From Fibrobacteria bacterium (lineage in GTDB: Bacteria; Fibrobacterota; Fibrobacteria; UBA11236), in contig JAYTSD010000006.1 in NCBI GenBank assembly GCA_043745805.1, positions 32,001 to 96,000 on the forward strand: DNA of 64,000 nucleotides, read 5' to 3'. A program made the translations under genes and the position numbers. Position 1 is the stretch's first letter. Each line of letters starts with the position of its first letter. Positions 9,174 to 19,846 of this stretch are shown in pieces. The notes under the pieces were generated by a model, which worked only from the letters and a program-made list of their open reading frames with translations, did not search any database and was not told where the DNA came from.

Positions 9174-11048
9174 TTATTTTGCATCGGCATGTTCGCGCAT
9201 CCAAAGTTCCAGCACAAACAAATAATAGAGATAGCTTCCGAAATAAGACGTTTTGTCGGATTTACTTTTTTTATACAAACCATCGATAAAGTTATTTTGG
9301 AAAATATTACGCGCCTTTAAGCGGCCATCGAATAAAGTATCCATTAATAATTTATTGAGCTCTCCTTCGCGTAACATCCAGCGTACTACGGGGATACCAA
9401 AGCCATGTTTCTTTTTATTGATAATATCTTTCGGCAACATATGGCGAAAGGATTCTTTATATAAATAACGCAATTGTCCATTATGAACTTTTAAATCCGA
9501 AGGAATCAGTCCACTGAATTCTACTACCTCATGATCGAGAAAAGGATAGCGAACCTTTATGCCTGCAAGCTCAGTCATGCGATTGACTTTGCGTAAATCA
9601 TTATCCATTAAAGTGATTTTTAAATCATGAAATAAAAACTGATCTAAAGCATCCTTAGTTCCTGCACCTTCTAAATAATGTTGGGCAATATCTTGCGGGC
9701 GCACAAATTTTTGTTGCATTAAAAAATCTTTATGAAAAATTTTGGCATAATCGGGAAAGTAATAGGAAATATCATAGGCATGTATGCGTTCATGCAATGG
9801 CGCATTCGCGCGCTTGACATAATTTTCGGCTTGTAAGATAATTCCTTTTTTGGACCAATTCGGCAACGGCGCAAGCATCTTGCCTGCTAAGGTCACTGCC
9901 CAATTTGGAAAGCGTTGGAAATTGGAAAAATATTCGAGGTAACGGGTATTTCCGCCAAAAACTTCATCGCCGCCATCACCACCTAATAAAACATTAATTC
10001 CATTTTCGCGCGCTTTGGCTGCACAAAAATAAGTAGGGATAACGGAAGAGTTTGCATAAGGCTCATCGAAAGATTTAATAATTATCGGCAAGGATTTTAA
10101 AATGTCATCAGGTGTTACATAGTATTCATGACTTTGGGTTTTAAAGGCATTCACGGCAATATGCACATATTCCATTTCATCATAGCCAGGTTCATCAAAG
10201 CCCATGGAAAAGGTTTTGGCCTCGCCAGGATGCAATTGACTAATTAATCCAGCCACCAAACTGGAATCGGTTCCGCCACTTAAAAAGGCTCCCACATTTT
10301 GAATAGAACTGCGATAATCTAAATCGCGTTGTACGGCTTGTAACATTAACTGTTGGATTTTTTCCTTTAGTTTTTTTTCGTCGCGCCATTTTTCTTGCGG
10401 ATATTGCATGGACCAATATTTTTCCACGCGCGCCTGGCCTTTATCTATGCGCAAACAATGTCCGCTTTCGAGCTTGCGAACGTCTTTATAAATAGTGCCC
10501 GGCGTAGGAATCATTTCCATGTGCAAATAGCTGAAAACGGCTTGCGGAGAAATTTCTCTTTTAAAGCCTGGCATTGCGGCAATGGCCGCAATTTTGGAGG
10601 CGATTACTAATCCCTCTGAATCTTCCCAATACACTAAAGGCTTAATGCCTATGCGATCGGTAAAAGCAAAACCTTTTTGCGCTTGCTTTTCCCAAATAAA
10701 TACGGCGAAAGGCCCCGCAATTTCTTTCCACCAATTTTCATGGTGTTTTTGATAGAGGTCTGCAATAATGGAGGCTTCGCTAAATCCTTCACGCCCGCTC
10801 GCAGACCAAAAGTCGCGGAAATTGTGAATTTCTGCATCGCATAATACGATTAGATTTTCATTTTCAAATACACCACCACCTGCACCATCGGTAAAGGCAT
10901 TATACATGCCTCCACCTACAGAGCCAGCGACCACCGTTTTGGTACTGCCTCGATTGGGATAGCGCATTGCTTGTAATAAAGCATCTACAGTTTCACGAGC
11001 AACAGGACGCTCCTGATTTTTATGTATGCGTACGCAAATTCCACTCAT
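9174..11048 (-). CDS. Asparagine-synthetase-like amide ligase lacking the N-terminal catalytic Cys
   Basis: FLSGGTDSS, FDEPYANSS, GDGGDEVFGG, VRYPFLD, KKHGFGIP; N-terminus is MSGI rather than MCGI. Confidence 0.85.
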   Translation of the reverse strand: MSGICVRIHKNQERPVARETVDALLQAMRYPNRGSTKTVVAGSVGGGMYNAFTDGAGGGVFENENLIVLCDAEIHNFRDFWSASGREGFSEASIIADLYQKHHENWWKEIAGPFAVFIWEKQAQKGFAFTDRIGIKPLVYWEDSEGLVIASKIAAIAAMPGFKREISPQAVFSYLHMEMIPTPGTIYKDVRKLESGHCLRIDKGQARVEKYWSMQYPQEKWRDEKKLKEKIQQLMLQAVQRDLDYRSSIQNVGAFLSGGTDSSLVAGLISQLHPGEAKTFSMGFDEPGYDEMEYVHIAVNAFKTQSHEYYVTPDDILKSLPIIIKSFDEPYANSSVIPTYFCAAKARENGINVLLGGDGGDEVFGGNTRYLEYFSNFQRFPNWAVTLAGKMLAPLPNWSKKGIILQAENYVKRANAPLHERIHAYDISYYFPDYAKIFHKDFLMQQKFVRPQDIAQHYLEGAGTKDALDQFLFHDLKITLMDNDLRKVNRMTELAGIKVRYPFLDHEVVEFSGLIPSDLKVHNGQLRYLYKESFRHMLPKDIINKKKHGFGIPVVRWMLREGELNKLLMDTLFDGRLKARNIFQNNFIDGLYKKSKSDKTSYFGSYLYYLFVLELWMREHADAK

Positions 11049-11054
11049 GTTTCC

Positions 11055-12932
11055 TCAAATCCTCTTGGTATCGACATCGACAAAAGCTTGATGCCACAAT
11101 TCAAAATTAATAAGACTCCATATCCATAGGCTATAATCGCGTTGACCTTTTGCATGTTCTTGCAAAATTTTGCGTATGGATGAATTTTTAAAATAGCCAC
11201 GTTTTTGAAAACGCTCACTGGTTAGTAAATCCCAAGCATAGGTTTTTAATTCGCGCTGAAACCATTGTTCCCGCGGAATAGCAAAGCCTTGTTTCTTTTT
11301 ATTTAAAATGGATTCGGGCAAGTAACGTGCAGCGACTTTGCGCAAAATATATTTCCCGCGACCATCTTGCATTTGTATTTCCCAGGGGATGGAAGCCGCA
11401 AATTCTACAATATTATAATCAAGCAGTGGCGCACGTGTTTCCAAGGAGTTGGCCATGGACATCCGATCGACTTTCATTAAAATATCTTCCGGTAAATACA
11501 CCTTGGTGTCGAGATATTGCAAACGACTAATCCAAGCCTGAGGTGCATTTTGCCAATAGCCTAATGCACTATACGGATCTAGTCCCTGTAAAAACTGTTC
11601 ACGCATTTCAGGAGTAAATAAATCGTCTTTAATAGGTGGATAAAGTTCCACCATTTCTCCGCGCTCATATTTTTCTAATTGCGCTAAACGCTTCAAGAAA
11701 TTTTTTCCCCGCGCCTGCATAGGTAGAGCGGATCCGAGTGGACCTAAAATTTGTTCGCGTAAAAATTTTGGAATTGCTTTGTACTTTGCGTATTCACCAT
11801 GCCAACGGTAATGATTATATCCCGCAAATAATTCATCGCCGCCATCACCTGCTAAAATCACAGTTACTTTTTCGCGCGCCAATTTTGACACATAATAGGT
11901 AGGTAACGCGGAAGAGTCGGCAAAGGGTTCATCAAAATGCCAAACTAAGGAGGGCAATAAACCTACTGCATCCGCTTGGGCGGTGAACTCCGTATGGGTT
12001 GTGGCAAATTTTTCGGCAATTAAGCGTGCATCTGCTGCTTCGGAATATCCTTTTTCTGTAAAGTCGATAGTGAAGGTGCGCACGGGTTCGGCGCTCGCCT
12101 TGGCCATCATGGCCACCACTAAACTGGAATCAATGCCGCCGCTTAAAAAAGCACCGAGCGGCACTTCGCTGAGTAAACGTCTTTTTACTGCGGCTTGTAA
12201 TAGGGAATCCAATTTGTCGACATAGTCCATTTCTGTTTTACATTCCGTATTAGGCTTATATTCGACGTCCCAATATTGGGTAACTTTTAAGTTACTATCT
12301 TGCAAAAGCAAAAAATGCCCAGGACGTAATTTTTGAATGCCTTGAAATATGGTTTTCGGTGCAGGAATATAAGCATAAGAGAAAAATTGATTGACGGCTG
12401 CGGGATCTACTTGTCGAGCGATTTCCGGTTCGGCTAAAATAGATTTCATTTCCGAAGCAAAGAGAAAGCGTTTTTGATCGTGATAAAAATACAGAGGCTT
12501 TTTACCTAAGCGATCCCGGGCGGCAAATAATCTTTTGCGCGGCGCATCCCAAATGGCGAATGCAAACATACCGTTGAGTTTATGCACGATGTCAGGACCA
12601 TAAGCGGCATAGCCGTTTAAGATGACTTCGGTATCGGAATGGGTGCGAAAGACAAAGCCTTTTGCTTGCAACTCTTTACGCAGTTCTTGGAAATTATAAA
12701 TCTCTCCATTAAAAACTAAGACTATAGATTCATCAGGAGTGAGCATGGGTTGGGTGCCGCCGGATAAATCGATAATGCTTAAGCGTTGATGCCCAAGACC
12801 CACATTGTTTTTTAACCATAAGCCTTCGGCATCGGGACCGCGATGCACAATTAGGTTACCCATACGTCGTAGTATCGAACGTTTATTTTCAATAGGCTCT
12901 TTAAAAGAAATATATCCGAATATGCCACACAT
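11055..12932 (-). CDS. asnB: Asparagine synthetase (glutamine-hydrolysing) family amidotransferase
   Basis: MCGIFG, HRGPD, HQRLSIIDL, FNGEIYNF, RDRLGKKPL, LSGGIDSS, GDGGDELFAGY, KVDRMSMANSLE, KKQGF. Confidence 0.92.
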   Translation of the reverse strand: MCGIFGYISFKEPIENKRSILRRMGNLIVHRGPDAEGLWLKNNVGLGHQRLSIIDLSGGTQPMLTPDESIVLVFNGEIYNFQELRKELQAKGFVFRTHSDTEVILNGYAAYGPDIVHKLNGMFAFAIWDAPRKRLFAARDRLGKKPLYFYHDQKRFLFASEMKSILAEPEIARQVDPAAVNQFFSYAYIPAPKTIFQGIQKLRPGHFLLLQDSNLKVTQYWDVEYKPNTECKTEMDYVDKLDSLLQAAVKRRLLSEVPLGAFLSGGIDSSLVVAMMAKASAEPVRTFTIDFTEKGYSEAADARLIAEKFATTHTEFTAQADAVGLLPSLVWHFDEPFADSSALPTYYVSKLAREKVTVILAGDGGDELFAGYNHYRWHGEYAKYKAIPKFLREQILGPLGSALPMQARGKNFLKRLAQLEKYERGEMVELYPPIKDDLFTPEMREQFLQGLDPYSALGYWQNAPQAWISRLQYLDTKVYLPEDILMKVDRMSMANSLETRAPLLDYNIVEFAASIPWEIQMQDGRGKYILRKVAARYLPESILNKKKQGFAIPREQWFQRELKTYAWDLLTSERFQKRGYFKNSSIRKILQEHAKGQRDYSLWIWSLINFELWHQAFVDVDTKRI

Positions 12933-12933
12933 A

Positions 12934-14469
12934 TTAAATCATTCCCAATTTAATTTTAATTGCCGCTGCAAAGGAATGACGATGCGCTTTAGCCACGATA
13001 AATCGATAGGTTACCCCTAAATGAAAAAGGGTAATGCAACAACCTGCTGCAAAAAGAAAAGCCCAGCCATGAAATGGAATAAAGGGCAATAGAAAAAATC
13101 CTATGCTAAAAGTGACTGTGGCCAAAGTTATATTCGGTAATACCGAAATACGCCAAAACTCTAATAAACTACTCCCCACTTGTCTCGCGGTGGAAAGGGG
13201 AATAATAAATCCTTCGAATAAACAAGCGGGAATTAAAGCGGCAAAGGCAATACCCAACATGCCATATGGTTTAACCAAAAACAAACTGAGTAAAAACGTG
13301 CTAATAGTTTCACCTAAAATAAAAGCCGCAAAGATTTTGTTTTTCCGGCGGCCAAAAAGAATTTGTTGCGCTACGGCTGAGGATAAAGCCGCAACATTAG
13401 CTAATGTTAATAATACTAATACCGTACTACTCGATCCATAAGGTTCTGCGAGTAGATATTTTTCTCCCATCCATTGACCCAAGAAGGGTTTGCCTAACAG
13501 TAAAAGGTTTAAGGCAATGATACAGACCATGGCAAATAGATAACGAGACCCAGTAAGCAGTAAGGAACGAATGGCGTTCAAATCATTTTTGACATCCATA
13601 GGAATGACGATTTGTAACAAAGGAGTGGACACTGCGCTAATTAAACCGACCATATAGGGTAACATTTCGGAACCAATATTGTAATAGGTAACCGCCGCAG
13701 ATCCAATGGCTTTCCCAATGATAAATGGCCCGGCAATTTGTCCAAATTGATAAAAGGTACCGATCAGAAAATTAAAGGCACCATAATTAAATAGTTCACC
13801 AAATACCTTTGCTTCAAAGGATGGGCACCGTAATTTGATTTGGGGTTGCACACGAAAAGCTAAGACTATACCAATGAGACCTTCGAGAATTTGCGTAGAA
13901 AAATTAATGCAGGCCATGGCAAGTAAACCCATATCTCCTCGTAAGGCAAGTACAATGCAACTGGCATTTATTAAGCGAATAAAAAGCGCGGTGCCACTCA
14001 CTAAATCAAATCGCTGTGCTCCAATAATCATACCCTGAAAAATACTAAGCGGAAATTTTAAAGCTGTGGCTGCTCCTAATATTAATAGGGCATTTCGAAC
14101 GGTGGGGATGCCTTCGGGATCGATATTAATAAAATGAGGGAAAATTCGTGAAACAACAAATGATAAAATCAAGATTAAAATACCGAGGCCAGAAAGTACT
14201 GTAAATGCAGAATTAGCTTTGGCATTGAGCTGTTGAATATTTCCATCGGCCATATGCCTAGTAATATAATGTCCAACAGCACCCTGCATTCCCAAATCAA
14301 GATAACCATAATAACCTGTAATCATTATCGCTAATGACCAAAGTCCATAATGCCCATCGCCTAAATGCTTCACAATAAAAGGCGATAAGAAAAAGCCAAC
14401 TACAATAGTCGTGAAAAAAGATCCCCAGTTAACTAGGATGTTACGAGTGTACTGTTTGGAATTGAACAA
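12934..14469 (-). CDS. Wzx-like polysaccharide flippase
   Basis: Many TM helices, PFIVKHLGDGHYGLWSL, DLGMQGAV; located in a polysaccharide locus. Confidence 0.82.
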   Translation of the reverse strand: MFNSKQYTRNILVNWGSFFTTIVVGFFLSPFIVKHLGDGHYGLWSLAIMITGYYGYLDLGMQGAVGHYITRHMADGNIQQLNAKANSAFTVLSGLGILILILSFVVSRIFPHFINIDPEGIPTVRNALLILGAATALKFPLSIFQGMIIGAQRFDLVSGTALFIRLINASCIVLALRGDMGLLAMACINFSTQILEGLIGIVLAFRVQPQIKLRCPSFEAKVFGELFNYGAFNFLIGTFYQFGQIAGPFIIGKAIGSAAVTYYNIGSEMLPYMVGLISAVSTPLLQIVIPMDVKNDLNAIRSLLLTGSRYLFAMVCIIALNLLLLGKPFLGQWMGEKYLLAEPYGSSSTVLVLLTLANVAALSSAVAQQILFGRRKNKIFAAFILGETISTFLLSLFLVKPYGMLGIAFAALIPACLFEGFIIPLSTARQVGSSLLEFWRISVLPNITLATVTFSIGFFLLPFIPFHGWAFLFAAGCCITLFHLGVTYRFIVAKAHRHSFAAAIKIKLGMI

Positions 14470-14478
14470 AGTTGCTTT

Positions 14479-15120
14479 CTAAAAAATAGCTTTACGAATA
14501 TGAAATGCTTCGGCATATTGCGCATTGCTTTCTAAACCACGTAAGCGTAATAAAGACCAAAATACATCGTCAGTAAACCAATGTTTTTCTCTCTGTGAAG
14601 CATAGGCTTTGCTCAAAAAAGCGATTTTATTTTCACTGAGTCCCTTTTCTAAGGGAGAAAAGAAATTGGGTATGCCCATATCGCCATCCCATTTTGGGAT
14701 TTCATATTCTAAAATAAGATGATTACGAAAAGTGTTCCAGGTTAATTCATTCACCAAGCGATGATCTTGATGCAAATCTTTGCGATAATGCGTAAAAATT
14801 AAATCGGGTGCAAAATCTTTTTTTATTTGTTCAAAATGTTCTTTAATTTCTAAACCACTATAAGGCAAAAAGCCATCGCGAAAATTTTTGATGATAATAT
14901 TTTTTTTATTCACCTGGCGCAAAAACTTTTCCGCGCAGGCACGCGCTTCTAACTCACGTGCTGGAGTTGAGGAGAAAACTACCCAATGAAATTCAGCATC
15001 CGGACATTGCTCGGCAATTTTTAAAATCGTTCCGCCACAACCAATTTCAATATCATCGCAATGCGCACCTAAGCAAAGTACTTTGAGATCTCGCTGTTTG
15101 CAAAACTCCAAGGCCAACAT
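14479..15120 (-). CDS. PIG-L/LmbE family deacetylase
   Basis: GAHCDDIEIGCGG, FRDG, DLHQDH; likely ATG at 15120 overlapping the upstream stop. Confidence 0.85.
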   Translation of the reverse strand: MLALEFCKQRDLKVLCLGAHCDDIEIGCGGTILKIAEQCPDAEFHWVVFSSTPARELEARACAEKFLRQVNKKNIIIKNFRDGFLPYSGLEIKEHFEQIKKDFAPDLIFTHYRKDLHQDHRLVNELTWNTFRNHLILEYEIPKWDGDMGIPNFFSPLEKGLSENKIAFLSKAYASQREKHWFTDDVFWSLLRLRGLESNAQYAEAFHIRKAIF

Positions 15121-15914
15121 TAAGCGACTCCCGATTTCTTCCACAATTCCCAAGGCGCTTCGCCCTTAGCATATTTATCATCAAGTAATTGCTTGTCTTT
15201 GAACGTATCCATACAAGTCCAAAAACCTTTATAGCGATAGGAAATTAATTCGTTGTTTTGAATAAGACGTTGAAAAGGTTCGTGTACTAATTCTTCGCCT
15301 TGATGTAAGGATTTAAAAATATCTTGTTTGAAAATAAAATAACCGCCATTGATCCAAATACCACTTTGACTTAAGTCTTGAATGTCTTTAACCAAACCAT
15401 TTTCTTGTACATCGACTACATGAAAGCTTTGTGTAGGCTTTATACTTAAAAAGGACGCTGTTTTATTAGACTGCCGGAAAAAATCGGTATAGGTATCCAA
15501 TGGTAAATCGCTAAGTCCATCGCTATAATTAGCATAGAACATTTCTTCGCCTTCTAAATGTTTTTGTACCGCCTTCAAACGCATACCTATATTAGAATTG
15601 AGGCCGGTATCACAAAAAGTAATTTTCCAATCTTGAATATCACTATTTAGCAGTTGTGGTTTTTTATCGGGACTTCCACCATTTAAAATAAAATCATTAC
15701 TGAGCCATTCCTCATAATTGATGAAATAATTTTTAATCATGTCGGCTTTATGCCCTAAACACAGAATAAAATCTTTATGCCCATAATGCGCATAATATTT
15801 CATTACATGCCATAGTATGGGACGATAGCCGATAGGCACCATAGGCTTAGGAACACTTTCTGAATATTCACGTAAACGCATGCCTAATCCACCGCAGAAT
15901 AATACGACTTTCAT
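15120..15914 (-). CDS. rfbF: Glucose-1-phosphate cytidylyltransferase-like nucleotidyltransferase
   Basis: LFCGGLGMRLRE, PKPMVPIG, NYSDGL, WINGGYF, FWTCMDTFKD, APW. Confidence 0.82.
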   Translation of the reverse strand: MKVVLFCGGLGMRLREYSESVPKPMVPIGYRPILWHVMKYYAHYGHKDFILCLGHKADMIKNYFINYEEWLSNDFILNGGSPDKKPQLLNSDIQDWKITFCDTGLNSNIGMRLKAVQKHLEGEEMFYANYSDGLSDLPLDTYTDFFRQSNKTASFLSIKPTQSFHVVDVQENGLVKDIQDLSQSGIWINGGYFIFKQDIFKSLHQGEELVHEPFQRLIQNNELISYRYKGFWTCMDTFKDKQLLDDKYAKGEAPWELWKKSGVA

Positions 15915-15955
15915 AATAACTCCCTATTATTTAATAACAGAATTCTCTGCTTTTT

Positions 15956-17335
15956 TTAGTTCATTAATTTTTGTATTAATTTTAAACTCACTAGAGTTTG
16001 TGCCGCATGATTTAAAGCTGTAAAAGCAATACCTGATTTTTTAGCAATATCAAGCAAGCTATGTTGTCCATCGGAATAGTTTAAGGTCCATAGCAAGGCT
16101 AATTCATTTAATCCATTATCTTTTTGATCGGCTAAGGCCTTATATACGCCACGACGACCTAGCATTGGTTCACATTTAGGATTGAGATTTAAATACTTTC
16201 GATTAAGCTCTAAGATATTTAAAATCGCTAAAATCTTTTCCAAAGAATCCGCTAAAGCATAAGGCTTAACAAAATCGGGATTATCGCCCGAAGTGTGGTA
16301 TTCGGGAAATTCACCATGCGGTGTGCGCATAAGACTTCCCACCGGTAAATTAAATCCCGGCGAACAATATTGTCTTTCATCATAACCATAAGGGATGAAA
16401 TCTTTGAGAGTATGGGGCTGTTGACTTTGTGTCAATACATATTCCGCAGCACTGTCAATTGCAGCATTCCCACGACGACTGCGCTTATAAGTCATGGATC
16501 CACTATCGCCTAACAATGAGAGTACCAGGCCATGCTTAATGTTTTCGGTTTGTTTTTCATTTAAAGCGAGCCAGGTAATGGATCCAATTGTTACGGGAAC
16601 AAATACAAAGCGATAGGAATAATGCCGATGGCGTGGATCAAGTTTCCCCAAGTAACTTGCCAGTAACGTAGCAACACTGATACCCGATAGATTATCATTA
16701 CATAAAGAAGGATGACAAACATGGCAAGAAATTAAAACTTCGTCGGTGCTTGAGCCGGGTAATAAGTATTCTCCATAAGTAAGGGAACCCTCTTCTAGGG
16801 AGGAATCTATATACACTTCATATTCATCTTCAGGCAAAGCCTGCAATTGCTTGTGTGCAAGACAGAAGCCCCAACTCTCTTTATAAAAGGAATTGCGATA
16901 TTGAATCCAATCGGGTTTGTCGGGCATGCTAAATAAATGTGGTTTTAATTCCGCTAAAGACATTTTCGCTTTAATGGGCGTACTATAACCGATAACATGT
17001 AAGTTACAGTGTTGGAAATCTATGACTCTTTCGCCACGTGAATTTTTCACATAAGCATCACGAATATTCCATTCTTTAGGTACTACCCAGTCGAATACCG
17101 CCGTGCCCGTAGGCACTTCACGAATGCTCAAGGGAATATGTTCGGATAAGTGTTTGAGGGTTTGGCGAACGCCATCACCGGTAATACTACGGCAAATGGG
17201 ATAGAGCTGGCGAATAATAGCATGTAAAGCCTCGCCAATATTTTGTAGAGATAATGCCTCGGTTAATCCTTGCATACCAAAAACATGCGGCTTAGCGTTC
17301 GAATTTTCTGTAGGAATGCTTGGCGTTTTATCCAA
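15956..17335 (-). CDS. DUF4910/DUF2172 aminopeptidase-like protein with C-terminal wHTH
   Basis: PICRSITGDG, FDWVVPKEWNI, HVCHPSLCNDNLSG, DERQYCSPG, EYHTSGD, CEPMLGRRG. Confidence 0.85.
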   Translation of the reverse strand: MDKTPSIPTENSNAKPHVFGMQGLTEALSLQNIGEALHAIIRQLYPICRSITGDGVRQTLKHLSEHIPLSIREVPTGTAVFDWVVPKEWNIRDAYVKNSRGERVIDFQHCNLHVIGYSTPIKAKMSLAELKPHLFSMPDKPDWIQYRNSFYKESWGFCLAHKQLQALPEDEYEVYIDSSLEEGSLTYGEYLLPGSSTDEVLISCHVCHPSLCNDNLSGISVATLLASYLGKLDPRHRHYSYRFVFVPVTIGSITWLALNEKQTENIKHGLVLSLLGDSGSMTYKRSRRGNAAIDSAAEYVLTQSQQPHTLKDFIPYGYDERQYCSPGFNLPVGSLMRTPHGEFPEYHTSGDNPDFVKPYALADSLEKILAILNILELNRKYLNLNPKCEPMLGRRGVYKALADQKDNGLNELALLWTLNYSDGQHSLLDIAKKSGIAFTALNHAAQTLVSLKLIQKLMN

Positions 17336-17337
17336 AA

Positions 17338-18681
17338 TTAAAGCCCTATGCCTTCGTATTGAGCTATACTTTTTTTGTCTAGCTGACGACGGCCATCAAT
17401 AAAAACGGGAATTATTGATGACTTAGGCAAGCCTTTTAAAAGTTCCGGCACTTGCAAAAACTCTTTCCATCGTGTTACTAAAATAATAACATCCACATTT
17501 TGTATAACATCATGCAATGAAGTACTATAAATAATGGTGTCTTTAAATATTTTTTCCGCCTCATGTTTAGCGACGGGATCATAGGCTTGCACTTTAGCAC
17601 CCGCAGCTAATAAATCTTTAATAATTGGGATAGCAGGGCTTTCGCGCATATCATCGGTGTCGGGACGAAATGATAAGCCCAAGATTGCAACACGGATCCC
17701 TGCAAGGGATGAAAAATGTTTTCCTAATAAACGTTGCACTTGTTTGGGTTGGCGTGCATTGATATCTATTACAGCTTGCAGCAATTCCATTTTTTCGCCC
17801 GCATTTTGTCCATGTGCAATTAAGGCGCTCACATCTTTCGGTAAACAGGATCCACCGAATCCACAACCTGCCATGAGAAAAGAATTAATAGCAGGACGTA
17901 TGCGTTCACCGCTCGGTAATATTGGGCTTAAGTAGCGGCTTAAATGTAAACCTTGCATCACTTCTACTGTGTCAATGCCGCCTAAAGCCGAACCTAAATT
18001 CGCCAATTCATTTGAGAAGGAGATTAAAGTAGCGAGCATGGCATTAGAAGCGTACTTAATCATTTCTGCGGTTTTATTATTAGTACGCACCGTATCGACA
18101 TTAGGCCAAGCGGCATAAGCTTCGCCAAGTAAATCAATTGCTCTTTCATCATTGCCGCCGAGCACAATACGATCGGGAAACATAAAGTCACTAATCGCTT
18201 CGCCTTCGGTGAGGAATTCCGGATTCATGCCCACGCCAAAATCGGAACCGGCTTTTTTGCCAGAAGCTTTTTCTAACTCCGGCAATACCACCTCATCCGT
18301 AGTACCGGGTACCACGGTACTTTTAACCACGACTAAGTGATAACCATTTTTGTCTTTGAGCACTGCTCCAATTTGTTGCGCTACGGTTCTTACAAAACGT
18401 AAGTCAATGGCTTTACCGTCAAAAGGTGTTCCCACGGCAATTAAAGTCATCTCACTATTCATCACGGCATCGCGTAAATCGATAGTGGCGACTAAATTTT
18501 TGCCGATGTTTTTTTTAAGTAAATCTTCTAGGCCCAATTCAAAAATGGGAGGAAATCCTTGATTGATACGTTTCACTTTTTCCGCATCAATATCCACACA
18601 AGCCACTTGATGGCCTTTTTCCGCTAAGCAAGCTCCGCTCACCAAGCCCACATAACCTGTGCCGATAATGGAAATTCTCAT
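17338..18681 (-). CDS. ugd: UDP-glucose/GDP-mannose dehydrogenase family protein
   Basis: GTGYVG, VGTP, KSTVVPGT, NPEFL, AEMIKYASN, GFGGSCLPKD, DDMRESPA. Confidence 0.9.
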   Translation of the reverse strand: MRISIIGTGYVGLVSGACLAEKGHQVACVDIDAEKVKRINQGFPPIFELGLEDLLKKNIGKNLVATIDLRDAVMNSEMTLIAVGTPFDGKAIDLRFVRTVAQQIGAVLKDKNGYHLVVVKSTVVPGTTDEVVLPELEKASGKKAGSDFGVGMNPEFLTEGEAISDFMFPDRIVLGGNDERAIDLLGEAYAAWPNVDTVRTNNKTAEMIKYASNAMLATLISFSNELANLGSALGGIDTVEVMQGLHLSRYLSPILPSGERIRPAINSFLMAGCGFGGSCLPKDVSALIAHGQNAGEKMELLQAVIDINARQPKQVQRLLGKHFSSLAGIRVAILGLSFRPDTDDMRESPAIPIIKDLLAAGAKVQAYDPVAKHEAEKIFKDTIIYSTSLHDVIQNVDVIILVTRWKEFLQVPELLKGLPKSSIIPVFIDGRRQLDKKSIAQYEGIGL

Positions 18682-18720
18682 AGGTTAACCTCTATGTTAC
18701 TTTGTTTTTTGTAATTCCTT

Positions 18721-19827
18721 TTATGATTCTTCTGCGGTTTGATTGCCTGAATACCAAATCATGGAACGACGTAAACCTTCGTCTACCAAAATACTTGGAT
18801 TATAATCCAATTCGGTGCGTGCCTTAGTGATAATGGGACAACGTCTTTCGGGGTTATCAATTAAATAATCTTCATCCACTTTTTTTACCACTTTACCCTT
18901 ATAATCAAATAAATCACGACCTAAAGCTACCACTTTATCGGCCAACTCAGCCATGGAGATTTCTGGAGTTTCTACGCCAATATTATATGCCTCGCCCGCT
19001 CGACCGCGTGTCAGCACTTTATAATATCCTGTCACCGCATCCGCGACATAGCAAAAAGTACGTTTAGGACTACCATCGGAACGCATCACAATGTCTCGTC
19101 CGGCGAACACGTCACGAGCAAAGTCCGGTAACACGCGCGTATCGGTAATTTTTAAGCCGGGACCATAATTATTAAAAGGGCGCGCAACCTTTATGGGAAT
19201 GCCATGTTGTTGGGAGAAATTAACGCAAAGTGTTTCGCCAAAACGCTTGCTTTCATCATAACAGGCGCGTGGACCCGTGCAAGAGACATTGCCACGATAA
19301 ACTTCGGGAGTAGGAATGCTTTCGGGCGTCGGATCGCCATAAATTTCGCTGCTCGAATAAAAAAGAAAACCTTCAACCGGATGCGCGCTGGTTTTTTGTT
19401 TTTTGCAATACTCTAATAAAGTGCGCAAGCCACCGACATTAGCATCCATGGTTTCGATGGGATACATACGGTAATATTTGGGCGAAGCGATGGAAGCGGC
19501 ATGAATAATATATTGAAAGTCCGGCATATCGGCTGGCAAAGGATCGGTAATATCATGCTTAACCAAATTTAAATGCGGATTACTTTGAGCGGCTTTAAGC
19601 CAAGTAGGAATACCGCGAATATAATTGTCATATACCGTTAAAGAAATGATCTTATTAGGATTCTTTGTATTCCAATGTAATACCGACTGCACTAAGGTAT
19701 AACCTAAAAAGCCAGCACCTCCCACGATGAGTAAATTTTTGCCCGCTATTTGTCCAAACTCTTGTTGTAGATTTCCACAAACATAATCCATATCTTGTTT
19801 GAGAATATCATCTGCTGTTTCTACCAT
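18721..19827 (-). CDS. NAD-dependent epimerase/dehydratase, UDP-glucuronate decarboxylase-like
   Basis: GGAGFLG, HAASIASP, SSSEIYGD, GPRACYDESKR, RPFNNYGPG; ATG at 19827 preceded by AGGAG. Confidence 0.85.
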   Translation of the reverse strand: MVETADDILKQDMDYVCGNLQQEFGQIAGKNLLIVGGAGFLGYTLVQSVLHWNTKNPNKIISLTVYDNYIRGIPTWLKAAQSNPHLNLVKHDITDPLPADMPDFQYIIHAASIASPKYYRMYPIETMDANVGGLRTLLEYCKKQKTSAHPVEGFLFYSSSEIYGDPTPESIPTPEVYRGNVSCTGPRACYDESKRFGETLCVNFSQQHGIPIKVARPFNNYGPGLKITDTRVLPDFARDVFAGRDIVMRSDGSPKRTFCYVADAVTGYYKVLTRGRAGEAYNIGVETPEISMAELADKVVALGRDLFDYKGKVVKKVDEDYLIDNPERRCPIITKARTELDYNPSILVDEGLRRSMIWYSGNQTAEES

Positions 19828-19846
19828 GGTTACTCCTAAGTTACTG

